Shown here piece after piece: positions 46,600 to 58,730 of a stretch of DNA of 60,539 bases. The notes under the pieces were generated by a model. The model was not told the DNA's origin and did not search any database. It saw nothing but the letters and a program-made list of their open reading frames with translations. The stretch is from Perkinsus chesapeaki ATCC PRA-425. Lineage: Eukaryota; Protista; Perkinsozoa. The DNA lies in assembly GCA_013115145.1 (NCBI GenBank), contig JAAPAO010000154.1, positions 1-60,539 of the forward strand, read 5' to 3'. Position 1 is the first letter of the stretch, and each line of letters opens with the position of its first letter. A program made the position numbers and the translations under genes.

Positions 46600-47537
46600 C
46601 GCGAGGCAAAGATGGAGGTGGAAGACGTTTCTGAGGGGGAGAAGGAGGTAAGGATGTTATAAGCTTATCAGGTCTATTGTTATTAGGTTACCGATGGTCT
46701 ATGGTATCCAGGGAGCAGGTTGATGCTCGGCTTTACCTGGCTTAAAAGATACGCTGCTGTTCGGCAAGATACGACTTTGGCGTTTGACAGAGTGAGTTGT
46801 TATGAAGAGCCTCTTTTTGTCTTGATAAAAAGTGCTGGCGTCTTGTCGAATTGTAACGGTTGAACTAGGAAAGCCGGTCCTACAGATGGCTTTGAATTTG
46901 AATGCGAATTCCTCTCCGCCTTTATCGTGGATGGAGAGACACCGTAACGAATGTACCTTACCAGAACTTAAAATTAACATTCACGTCGTCGATGACATCC
47001 TTAAAACATAGCGGACTTCCGAATCGAGTCCAGCGTTGTTAGTTGTATGATAAAGAGTTCCAGCAAATACTAGCGCTTTCCCAGGTGAGGACAATGCGTG
47101 CGATGAGCCAAAGTCCCAGCAAGTTCCGAATACAAGAGTCATCTTTACGAGGCCCAGATTTAGTTAACATCCGGAAGATGACAGCACCGATCGGTAGCCC
47201 TGCTCGAATGCTGAGTATCATCTTATCTCAGTCCCCCCACTGAAGGTTCGAGAGGCACTTCGGGAGCAAGGAGTGAGTTCAGAGCTTGTTCGCCATGAGC
47301 AATATGAGCGGAATTTCCAGGTCTGCTTCTCGCCTATACCGCCGCGGCCTGGCAAACCTGTTCATGGCTCTCAACCTGATCAAGGTGTGTATATGCCACT
47401 TGAAGGCCACCTTAAAGTGCATCGTATCACAGGTCGCTTGCTGTGTAGGTCCTGATGAAGCCCACAGCCGCGGTGTACGGAGAAGAAGAAGGCGTTCATC
47501 TTTGCAAGCTCGCGCAGAGCATGAGGAGTTCAAGTGA
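46600..47537 (+). CDS. Possible multi-exon hypothetical protein; 5' end unresolved
   Basis: GT-AG bounded exon-like blocks (VTDGLWYPGSRLMLGFTWLKRY; YDKEFQQILALSQ), ending ...AEHEEFK*. Confidence 0.3.
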
Positions 47538-47940
47538 TCAGGAGCCCGCCGACGTCCACGTTAGCCCTGTTGTCTCAGGCGGCGCGCTAGTGATGTGCTG
47601 CGTCTTTATGGGACTGTGAGGTCCACGCCACTCAATGACCGAAGAAATATATTGTAGCTTAATATCTTCAACTTGACCTTACCATGTGATGTCACTGTTG
47701 CTCTTGTTGTTGCTACTTCTTGGTTGTTGTGTTATGCTGAGTATTCAGACGTTACGAAGCTGGCGAGGACACTTTTCACGAAACACCGAATCAGCTCGAT
47801 TGCGGGAGATTTTTCCGAGTGGTGCCGATAGACTGCGAACCCCTTTCAGAGAAGTTTTGAGAGTTCCGAATTGCGTCGTCGACTCGACTTGTACTTGAAC
47901 AATCATTAGTTGATCGCAGCATTTTCGCTGTGTGATAGCC

Positions 47941-50900
47941 ATGAGCCCTGCCAAACGTCCGAGACAACTCGTATCTGTAAAGTCCTGCAGCAGCGGGCCT
48001 ACCACATCGCCTCAAAAACGGCTGAAGTCTCTCGGAGACATGACGCCCCTCGCCGCCAATGATGGCAATATCGAGGAGCTCTCAGTCAGCAGCAGCAGTA
48101 GCAGTGAGAGCAGTGAGAGCGAGGCCGACGTCAGCCCGGAACCGCTGGAGGCTTTGAGGGGGCTTAAGATGCAGAGCTGGTACAAGGATCAGATCAGACC
48201 AGTCGAGGAGGATCCTGGCTGCGGAGCTCGCTACGAGGAGGTCACCCCGCAACTCGCGGAGGCTCTCTCCGACACGATTATGAGCAATTATAAAAGGGTA
48301 GCTGGCTGTAAGATACTTTTGAGGTTGACTGGTCATCAGGTGCTCCATCGACATCGTGAAGGAGATAACATATCCTCCGGCCAAAGTGGACATTTGAGAC
48401 TTTACGCGCATCAAATCAAAGCAATCGAAGCCATAGCGTTAGAAGACAAGAATGTATGCCTCTGCACTGCGACTAGTAGCGGGAAGTCCCTTGCCTTCAA
48501 CTTGCCTATACTCAGCCAAATAGACAAACGTAAAGCCACCATTTGCGACGTGTCACCTGAGCGTATCAGATCCGGAAACCACCGCGCTCTACCTATATCC
48601 TACTAAAGCTCTTGCGCAGGACCAACTGCGTGTCCTTAAAGAACTTGTTGAAGGTAATGCCAAGTACCCTTCCTACCAATCTTACCATGGGAAGTCAGGT
48701 ACGGACATAGTGGTTACGACCCTCGACGGGGATTGTGATGCCACTGCGAGGGAAGTGGCGAGATCTCGGGCACAGGTGGTTCTGACGAACCCCGATATGG
48801 TACACTGCTCACTGCTACCGCAACACAAACGGTATCAAAGACTACTTGGAAATCTGAAGTTCGTAGTGGTTGATGAGTGCCATACGTATCGAGGAAGCTT
48901 CGGGAGCCATGTTGCTAATGTTATTAGACGGTAGGTTACTTATAATGCAAAGCGACTGGGCTTCAATGGTTCTAAAATCTCATTAAGATTTTGCAGACTC
49001 AATTTGACATAGTAGGCACTTGAGCTCAGTAGTCGGCAATGTAAGGAGGTGATAGAACAATAGCTTCGTGAAGTTGGATGGACTTCTAGGAAGTCCCAAG
49101 TTACTACTTTTTAGGCTTCGGCGCGCATTCGACTGGCATCAGAACAGGAAAGAATGTTCCGTGGAGAGGAGCCTGCGTTTCATTTGCTGCTCGGCAACAA
49201 TAGGGAATCCCTCCGAATTGATGGCAAATCTTACAGGTGAATTATACCTCGGGCCCCGAGGCTCGGGGATCTCTCGTTTGCGATGTGTAGGTCTCCGAAC
49301 TGATGCTATCACCACTATTGGAGTAGATGAGGATGGTGCTCCACGTGGACCAAGATGGATCGTTATCTGGAGCCCCCACGATTACAGTCAAGATAACAAA
49401 CCCACCACTGAAGATGCTGTTAAAGTAGATATCACTTTTAGCAGGATATTATTCTTCTTCTTCCCATCCCTCGGGTGGTGTGGCACGATAGCCTATAGGA
49501 TCCTAAAGCCGACTTAAGACTCTCTTAAGGCTCTTAAACTCTAGCTCGGAAGCTGCACGTGGAATGGATAGTCTAAGCCAATTTCGGCGCTGGACTATTA
49601 ACTCACACACACACTCACGCCGCCTTGAGAGGATACTCATATTACCGTATCTTCATGAAAATGGATGCCGTGGTGGAGATAGGATGGTATCAGTATCCCT
49701 GTATATCGTGAATAGTAGATAATATATAATTGGCTTATACAATGGTATTATATATCATCTACTATTCGCCTATTCATGCTTCCGTGTCATTGAACTTAAT
49801 ATTTCGCCGCTTTGTCTTCAGGACAAGATCACGGCGCACATTCTCAACACCGCTGTAGGACTGGGCCAAGAGACGTCCGCCGGTTTTGTGGCCGACACCT
49901 CGAAGCTGATGGCAGCGCTTGTCGAGATGGGTGTCAGGTAAATGGTGGATCCCTGAGGGGTTTGATATTCAGGATTTGTTTCACAGAACGATATGTTTCG
50001 CACGCTTCCGGCAAATGGTTGAAATAATGCTCTCGCGAGTGAGAGGCCTCATGGCGAAGGGTTCAGAGAAACAGGTCGGTCCGGCGCAAGGAATTTTACA
50101 AGGATGTTCATAGCAGGGGTTTCCTATCAAACTCCTCTCTATTATATCTCCTCCTCCGTATCACTAGTAATATACTTCCTATCAAACTCCTTTCTATTAT
50201 ATCTCCTCCTTCGTATCACTAGTAACATATTTCCTATCAAACTCCTTTCTATCATATCTCCTCCGTATCACTTCTCTTTCAATATGATCTATCACTTATT
50301 CTCGTTCAAGCTACGTTCCTGTGACCGATACCACTGTTCTCAGGTCGTATCTTATCGTAGTGGGTACACACAAGACTCTCGGCGTGAGATCGAGCATCAG
50401 ATATTTTCCCATCAAGTTCTGGGGGTTATCTGTACCAGTGCACTCGAGCTTGGTGTGGATATAGGCAGCTTGGACTGCTGCATATCGATGGGGTATCCTG
50501 GATCTAGTCATAGCCTACAACAGCAATTCGGACGTGCTGGAAGGGTGACCAGGGGATTATCAGATGCCTGGCTTAAAATGCCTCATTGGCTTCGACCTGA
50601 ATTAATTTTCTATCAAAATCGTACATACACATTTCCTTCTTAGCGTGATAGTTGTATGTTCGTAACGTGATGCGATAATGGTATTTCTCCACGATAGAGA
50701 GTCCAGAAGTGCCGATTAATAGCTCGCAATTAGCGACTGCAGCAGCTATTATTACTCCACTGAATTGCAATGAGTCTAGATGCATATTCGAGTTGTGACG
50801 AGCATTCCCATGCTGTGTCGCGTGGACATTGCCCTTTCTCCACTATTACGATCCACTTCTCTTTTCCCTCAGTCTGGTAGAGCAAGCCTCTGCATACTTG

Positions 50901-53211
50901 TTACCAGGGAGACCGACCCTATCGATCAATGGCTATCAGCCAAGCCGGAGCGTCTTGTAGAAAGCCTGAGGCAAGCCGAGGACGCTCCTGTGCAATGGGA
51001 CAATGAGCAGGTCGGGAATTTGAGGTGAAGGCGAGTAGCATCTAAAGGCCTCAGATACTTCCGAAGCATCTCGTGTGCGCTGATAACGAAGTTGAGTTTC
51101 GCAACCGAGAAGACGTTGAAAAGTAACCCTCTCAGGGATCATTAATTACAAACCTTGATGTAGATACTGGCCACCACCACAAGATGAGGAGCTTAAAAAG
51201 GCCTACAATGCGATGGTCGATAAAGCTAGGAAGGAGTCGCCATTTGTCAAAAGACCACATTCTAAAGTAAACGTGGTCACGTGGAAGCGATATCATTACA
51301 TTGGTTTGCTACTCCTTTTCAACGCCTGGTAACGGTCATGTAAACAGCTGAACACCGAATCGGGTCTGATCGAGGCCTCCTGTGAGAATACTTGCTAATA
51401 TTAATACATTATTCGACATATGATATGATCAGATTAACCTGCGAAGCATCGACAATAGGAGTATCAAAGTTGTGACGCCATCTGCTGATGCTCGAGAAGG
51501 CGATAAACAGATTGATGACATAGACTACAACAACGCTTTCTTCTACCTGTACAATTGCACACCTCCTTTGTATCTTACTCGCTTGTACCTTAGATACCCC
51601 GGTGCTACTTATATGAATCAAGGCACTGAATATAGGATTGTCGACTTGGATTTGAGATTCGACAGAGCTATTGCCCGACCAATGAAGTAAGAGTTAAAAA
51701 CTTCCCTTCGCAATACTATGAGATATCTCATCGAGTTTTATATTGGACGCATTGCTCCAGAGGAACATCAGATTTTCCCAGGAGCAATGCGTCTAATGTT
51801 CCTTTTAGCAACAGCAGCAGTGCTTTTACAGCACACTTCCTATTGAAATCGTAATTGTACCTCCGAACCCGGAGCACATCCCTCCGAACCCCAGGTGACT
51901 TACCTAAGGGACACTCACGAGCTTATAGCGAGAAATAGGGTGCTTGCATCCAGGCAGTCCTAGGATTTATTTTCTGGACGCTCAAATGCTGCCAAACCAC
52001 TTTTCCTTGCATTTCAGGCACGAGTACTACACGAAAAGTCGAGATATTACTGACGTGAACTTTTTGAACATTGAGAAAGAAGCGGCGGGTGAAGTACCGT
52101 ATCATATATCTGGGTCGTCGGTAGAAGCTGATGTGAATCTCAGATTCGGTAAGTAAATCGAGAAGGCATGTTGGCAACCGAAGCTAAGCCGCACCGCTCG
52201 GCATGAAATCATCTTCTGGTGCTCGAGGCTCGACTAAACGAGCTGGATTACTAATTAAAATTCCGGCTAAAATGTATATCAAGCTTCGATAAAAGAAGTT
52301 GTCTGCCATTCGTGGCGATAGTATCACATATTGTGTTTGAAATGAGGAACGCAAAATCGGCCTCATAAAGCCAGTGGCTCCAAGCCACTGGACCAACTCA
52401 AACTTCAGCCTCTACAACTTGAAGCTTCGACCATCTGGTAAGACAGCGTTCCTGAAGTTAGCCAATGAATATTATTCATACGAATGTCGCTGTTACATTG
52501 CCCGGTGAGATATCTTTCATCTTAGGTCGCGTTGAGATCTGCACTGAAGTGTATGGCTATAAGAAGTTTAATAAACAGACAGGAAAGATAGTCGAAACCA
52601 TCGGAGGGCTGGGTTTGCCAAAGGTCAAATATTACACCAAGGCAACGTGGATCGAGTTTGACAAGAGCTTTGCCAAGCAGTGGGATTCAGGAGATTTCCG
52701 GTACGGCGTTTCGGTCGTGTGCGCGTTATAATTCTGCTCGATGCACAGGGCTGTTCTTCACACAGTGAGTCATTTATGGTTAAGAGCGGTCAGAATTCAC
52801 CTTTTATGCGACCAAAGTGATGTGAGCACTCAGTGTCCAAGTATTGATGACGTACGAGAGAGGCCCTACACAGCAGTTATTTTTGATACTAAGATCGGAG
52901 GTGAGCGCCACCTGGCAGTTTCCTTGGGACTTCTTTTAGGCATCGGTGTGGCCTTGGCAACGTTCGGCCGATTAAACCAGCTCTTTGAGACCGCGCTCGA
53001 CATCGTGACTTCATGCGACTGTCTGGATGGTAAAGTTGATTCCCTCAATTCGTCGCTGAAACTTTAGTTCCGGTTAGGTTGTCCCAAATGCGTTCACTTA
53101 CCCACATGTGGTTCCTATAACGACCTTATCGACAAGCGTGGTGCGACGATACTTCTCATTGGGTTTGTGGAACATCTCAAGTCGAACTACAGTTCTACAA
53201 AAATTCATTGA
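47941..53211 (+). CDS. HRQ1: Hrq1/RecQ4-like DEAH helicase with DUF1998 and C-terminal Zn cluster, multi-exon
   Basis: TATSSGKS, YPTKALAQDQ, TNPDM, VVDECHTYRGSFGSHVA, CSATIGNP, TSALELGVDIG, QQFGRAGR, and C-terminal CDCLDG|CPKCVHLPTC. Confidence 0.92.
50121..50272. repeat. 55-bp tandem repeat, about 2.7 copies, in an HRQ1 intron
   Basis: TTCCTATCAAACTCCT...GTATCACTAGTAA unit starts at 50121, 50176 and 50231. Confidence 0.9.
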
Positions 53212-53284
53212 TGTTTCAATTAAACCTTCTAGCTTTGGTTTATCTCAAATGTTTCCACTTAACCGCTGGATAGATTGAGCACGT

Positions 53285-54560
53285 TTAGTTGACATACACC
53301 ACTGGTGGTGGTCTACTACTGCACCCCCTTTGGCTTTGAAGGACGAATGGCTTGAGTACGTTGGTGAACCAAGCATCGCCGCATTCTACGGTTGTCGAAG
53401 TATCTATATAGCGGTTTTCCGTTGCATATTGTGCGTTACACTCCCACTGAACCCGGGCATGTGGTGCCACTAAGTGCACTACTAACTTGATATGTATCCA
53501 GGCTGTGTATCCCAGCATACCCAGATCATCTGGGCTAGATTTGTAGAGTAAGCTGGCCCACTGTCACGGAGGGTTAGAAGTGGTGAGACTTCGGAAGCGA
53601 CTTGCCAGAAGTCCCCGTAATTCCCTGTGGTCGCTTAATCAAGTGTACGCATGCGCGGGTCATCGTGTCCCGGTGTCGAAGCCGCGAAGATAGAATGAGT
53701 CGGCGAAATTACGTTACTGTCGTCATTTCCTGAGTTTGTTCCGCGTTTTATCAATCTCAATGTTTAAGAAAAAACTCTCACACTGGCTTAATGAATGTCG
53801 CACGAGGTAACTAAACGTTGGCCCGTAATAATACGGGACAGAGACAGAGCCTTCGGTCACGAAGGCGCAGCTTAATTTTATGAATAAAGCTCAATGAGCT
53901 TAACTCATTATTCCATTATATCAGGCATACATGTAGAGGCCGAACTTGTGGTCGGGATGCTATTCCGGCACCTATTCCGGGAATAGGCATGCTGCTCACC
54001 ATTTGCATGGGTAGTGCCCATCAGGCACTCCTCTCGGATAGAGTATAGTGCTACGTAAGGGAGGCTTGTTCGTTAGAGCGTCTGAACTAGTGGGAACAGA
54101 TAGGGAAGAACCGTTAGGTATCTCCAGGATAGTACTACTAAAGTAGGTTGACTGTTGTCGAATAGTTGTTCTATAATTGTCATTGTATCATTGCCTTTTA
54201 TGTATTGATATCATCTAGCGCACAAGGCGCAATAGGTCTTATCTGCACCACTCCGGCTTCACTATTCCGTATTATTGCGCAATAGTTGGAGCTCGCAAGT
54301 TGCCTATTAACATGTAGTTGCGCTTTTCACCTTCTTTTATGATGTCCCCGATGCCCATTCCTTCACCGAGTCTGCAATTTGAAATTGCAGTTCAACTGGA
54401 GGACTACTTGAGGCTTAGTGAGCATGCGTGCAACTGTTGCACGCATTGATTGAATATAGTCAACTGACTCAACGACCAGTGCTCGTTCTTGCGCCTCTTC
54501 GTCGCTGCCTTCTTCGCCAGACAGCTGAAGTCTAGTTTCTTCAAGGGAAGTCAGCCCCAT
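53285..54560 (-). CDS. Possible multi-exon hypothetical gene, head-to-head with GILT copy 1
   Basis: ORF 54363-54560 (MGLTSLEETRLQLSGEEGSDEEAQ...) plus exon-like blocks at about 54000-54140 and 53285-53550. Confidence 0.35.
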
Positions 54561-54727
54561 TACAATCTGAAGACTTATGTGACACTGGCCGCTGCCATAT
54601 TGTTAATGAATTCAACCAGCTTGGCCTGATTGAAACTTGAGGACCGAACGTTTCAAACGTTTTTTGAATGAATAGGGTTTATATCCTCAACGGCGGATTA
54701 TTTCCTCAGCTGCAAAATTTTCCAGAT

Positions 54728-55645
54728 ATGATGGCCCACATCATCCCCGCCATTTTCAGTATCACGCATCTCGCTGTCGCATTGGTTAACGTCGACCTTT
54801 ACTATGAGAGCCTCTGTCCGTATTGTCGAGACTTTATCACTGAGGACCTCAGCCATGTTATGAACCAGCCTGATTTGGAGAAGCATATCAATCTAACTTT
54901 TGTTCCCTATGGGAATGCGAAGTAAGCTGGTCCTCTCCACCTGATGTGAGCTCTACTCGTTCTTAGGATCAATGAAGCAACTAAGACCATCACTTGCCAA
55001 CATGGGAGAGACGAATGCCGTTTTAACTTTTATGAGGGTTGCATGATTGCCAAGGGAGGACAGGATCAGCTCAACACTTTTAGAGCTGTTTCTGCACTCG
55101 AGGGCAATAAAAAACTAACAGACGGTGCTGCTGAAGATGGTAAGAGTGGCATGACCCGTGGGTTTCACCGTGGAAGCCAGCGAACATCATGCATCATAAG
55201 CATGGATCTATTTCAGCATCCAGGACGTTTGGTCTTAACTTCAACGCTATTACGACTTGCAGGAATTCTGAAGAAGCCTACGAATTGCAGAGGGGATTCG
55301 CCAAAAGTAAGTGCGGCGCATATTCAGCACTTGTGTTATGCAGTTTGTATAACTCTTGCTTTAGCCGGAGTGTCCGGCTTACTCATTCTTTGCCTTCCGT
55401 TAGTGACTGAAGAAGCTAGACGAGACTTCGCGGAAAAGTATGTCCCATGGATCGTCGTAAACGGCAAACATATTGAAAGAGAAAAGTTCGCGGAGACCCT
55501 ATGCAAGGCTTTAAATGAGTGAGTTGTGGCAGTTTCATGGTTAGCTTATATGATCATATCCCCGCTCAGGGATCCCGCCAAGTGCGAAATGGCTGGTGGT
55601 CGTGGGTTTTTGAACCGTCCAATGCAAGAGGTATCTGAGGCTTAG
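54728..55645 (+). CDS. GILT: GILT (gamma-interferon-inducible lysosomal thiol reductase)-like protein, copy 1
   Basis: Signal peptide, VDLYYESLCPYCRDFI (CXXC), LTFVPYGNA, CQHGRDEC, YVPWIVVNG. Confidence 0.9.
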
Positions 55646-57030
55646 TCCTCCGATGCCTAGTGCGTGCTCATTAGTTATGTTCGGTATAAATGTTAAGCTA
55701 TCAGCAATTCTACCACTAAACTCGTCACTTCGCTTGTATTAGAAAGAAGGCTTCTATGATGAGTTCGCAACTTGAAGTTGCATTTTGCTTGGATTGCGTT
55801 GTCTTAAGTGGTTTAATATTACCAGTAGGCAGGCGCTTAATCTTGAACTATAAGGACACATTGAAGTTCCATCCGTGTGATGGAAAGTTTTCACGTGTGG
55901 TCTTATGTATAGTTGACGGTGCAACCCTAAATTGACGGCCTTGTGGAGTCAAGGGCCTCGACCAACCATAGGCTGACAAATCGTTGAGTAAGGTCTATCG
56001 GCTGTTACACCGCGGGGGTAACCTCCGCGGATGTTATTCCGCAACGGCCGCGTAAGGCCCGCGATTCCACCACTCAATGATTGAGTCTCAATCAGCTCGT
56101 AGATTCACTTGTATTTTATTCAGTGAAATTTCATTTAATGGTTGATTATTTATGACAATTATGAAAACCTCGTTCGTTAATTCGTCTATTAATTGGCCGC
56201 GATACTATCTGTGATACATCACTCGACTAATATACTAAGTATATTATACTTTCAAAACTAGCCTTTAAAATCTGTTACTCATCTCATTCATGCCTAAAAG
56301 CTGGCATATGCCTCAATTCTACATTTTTTCCTACAGATTTCTGTACTATTGCGTTTTATATTGAACAAGGAAGCATTCCAGGTTTCCCAATCGCCAGGTG
56401 AGTCATGAAACTAGCTGATATACCCGCGGGTAGTTACCATCGGAAAGTCACATAAACAGTTAAACTTATTGTCCATATACGCTATTAATCCCATAACTGA
56501 GAGCCCAAGAACCATTGAGCAAAGAAAATATGAACATTTTCGTGACAGTTGCTTAAGAAAATCTGTGCGGTCACAGGAGTCCATGGAATTAAGATCAGGA
56601 TCTAAGCTACCTATCACACGTAAGACTAGCTCTAGAATGGGATCTAGATTGAGCCGCGTTGCTTTTTCCTCTCTCCCCATCTTCCAGAATTCCTGCACAT
56701 TCTACCGGGATCGATGACCCACTGAGGGTCCCTCTTCAAGTCTACCCTGGTCAATAATGACAACCGATGACAACAAGGTCAATAATGATACTCTAGATGG
56801 TACTCAATTAATTGCTTGTGAACCCCCTCATCTAGGAACCCAAGACGGTCAACCTGAACACCCTCCTGGAGTGCACCCACGAGACAGTTCTAAGGAGAAG
56901 GCCCCCGCATCTAGTCAAGGCCCTAAACGGCTGGTCAAAGGCCCCTGTGCTATTGTCAAATCTCGCTGCAAGACCCCCGCTGCGTCACCTTCCGTTAGTG
57001 ACTGAAGAAGCTAGACGAGACTTCGCGAAA

Positions 57031-57645
57031 TCGGGATGCTATTCCGGCACCTATTCCGGGAATAGGCATGCTGCTCACCATTTGCATGAGTAGTGCCCAT
57101 CAGGCACTCCTCTCGGATAGAGTATAGTGCTACGTAAGGGAGGCTTGTTCGTTAGAGCGTCTGAGCTAGTGGGAACAGATAGGGAAGAACCGTTAGGTAT
57201 CTCCAGGATAGTACTGCTATAGTAGGTTGACTGTTGTCGAATAGTTGTTCTATAATTGTCATTGTATCATTGCCTTTTATGTATTGATATCATCTAGCGC
57301 ACAAGGCGCAATGGGTCTTATCTACACCACTCCGGCTTCACTATTCCGTATTATTGCGCAATAGTTGGGGCTCGCAAGTTGCCTATTAACATGTAGTTGC
57401 GCTTTTCACCTTCTTTTATGATGTCCATGATGCCTATTCCTTCACCGAGTCTGCAATTTGAAATTGCAGTTCAACTGAAGGACTACTTGAGGCTTAGTGA
57501 GCATGCGTGCAACTGTTGCACGCATGCTCACTGATTGAATATAGTCAACTGACTCAACGACCAGTGCTCGTTCTTGCGCCTCTTCGTCGCTGCCTTCTTC
57601 GCCAGACAGCTGAAGTCTAGTTTCTTCAAGGGAAGTCAGCCCCAT
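57031..57645 (-). pseudogene. 5'-only duplicate of the hypothetical gene at 53285-54560, cut by the duplication breakpoint
   Basis: ORF 57442-57645 repeats ORF 54363-54560 with a 2-codon insertion; homology stops at 57031. Confidence 0.35.
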
Positions 57646-57812
57646 TACAATCTGAAGACTTATGTGACACTGGCCGCTGCCATATTGTTAATGAATTCAA
57701 CCAGCTTGGCCTGATTGAAACCTGAGGACCGAACGTTTCAAACGTTTTTTGAATGAATAGGGTTTATATCCTCAACGGCGGATTATTTCCTCAGCTGCAA
57801 AATATTTCAGAT

Positions 57813-58730
57813 ATGATGGCCCACATCATCCCCGCCATTTTCAGTATCACTCATCTCAGTGTCGCATTGGTTAACGTCGACCTTTACTATGAGAGCCTCT
57901 GTCCGTATTGTCGAGACTTTATCACTGAGGACCTCAGCCATGTTATGAACCAGCCTGATTTGGAGAAGCATATCAATCTAACTTTTGTTCCCTATGGGAA
58001 TGCAAAGTAAGCCGGCCCTCCCAATCTGATCTGAGCTCTACTCGTTCTTAGGATCAATGAAACAACTAAGACCATCACTTGCCAACATGGAGAAGACGAA
58101 TGCCATTTCAATTTTTATGAGGGTTGCATGATTGCCGAGGGAGGACAGGATCAGCTCAACACTTTTAGATCTGTTTTTGCGATCGAGGGCAGTGAAAAAC
58201 TAACAGACGATGCTGCTGAAGACGGTAAGAGTGGCATGACCCGTGGGTTTCACCGTGGAAGCCAGCGAACATCATGCATCATAAGCATGGATCGATTTCA
58301 GCATGCAAGAAGTTTGGCCTCAACTTCAACGCTATTACGACTTGCAGGAACTCTGAAGAAGCCTACGAATTGCAGAGGGGATTCGCCAAAAGTAAGTGCG
58401 GCGCATATTCAGCACTTGTGTTATGCAGTTTGTATAACTCTTGCTTTAGCCGGAGTGTCCGGCTTACTCATTCTTTGCCTTCCGTTAGTGACTGAAGAAG
58501 CTAGACGAGACTTCGCGGAAAAGTATGTCCCATGGATCGTCGTAAACGGCAAACATATTGAAAGAGAAAAGTTCGCGGAGACCCTATGCAAGGCTTTAAA
58601 TGAGTAAGTTGCGGCAGTTTCATGGTTAGCTTATATGATCATATCCCCGCTCAGGGATCCCGCCAAGTGCGAAATGGCTGGTGGTCGTGGGTTTTTGAAC
58701 CGTCCAATGCAAGAGGTATCTGAGGCTTAG
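57813..58730 (+). CDS. GILT: GILT-like thiol reductase, copy 2
   Basis: Same exon structure and CPYC motif as copy 1; CQHGEDEC. Confidence 0.9.

Noticed and set aside
56411-57005. Possible gag-like relic between the GILT copies
   Set aside because: No zinc knuckle or other diagnostic motif; cannot be supported from sequence alone.
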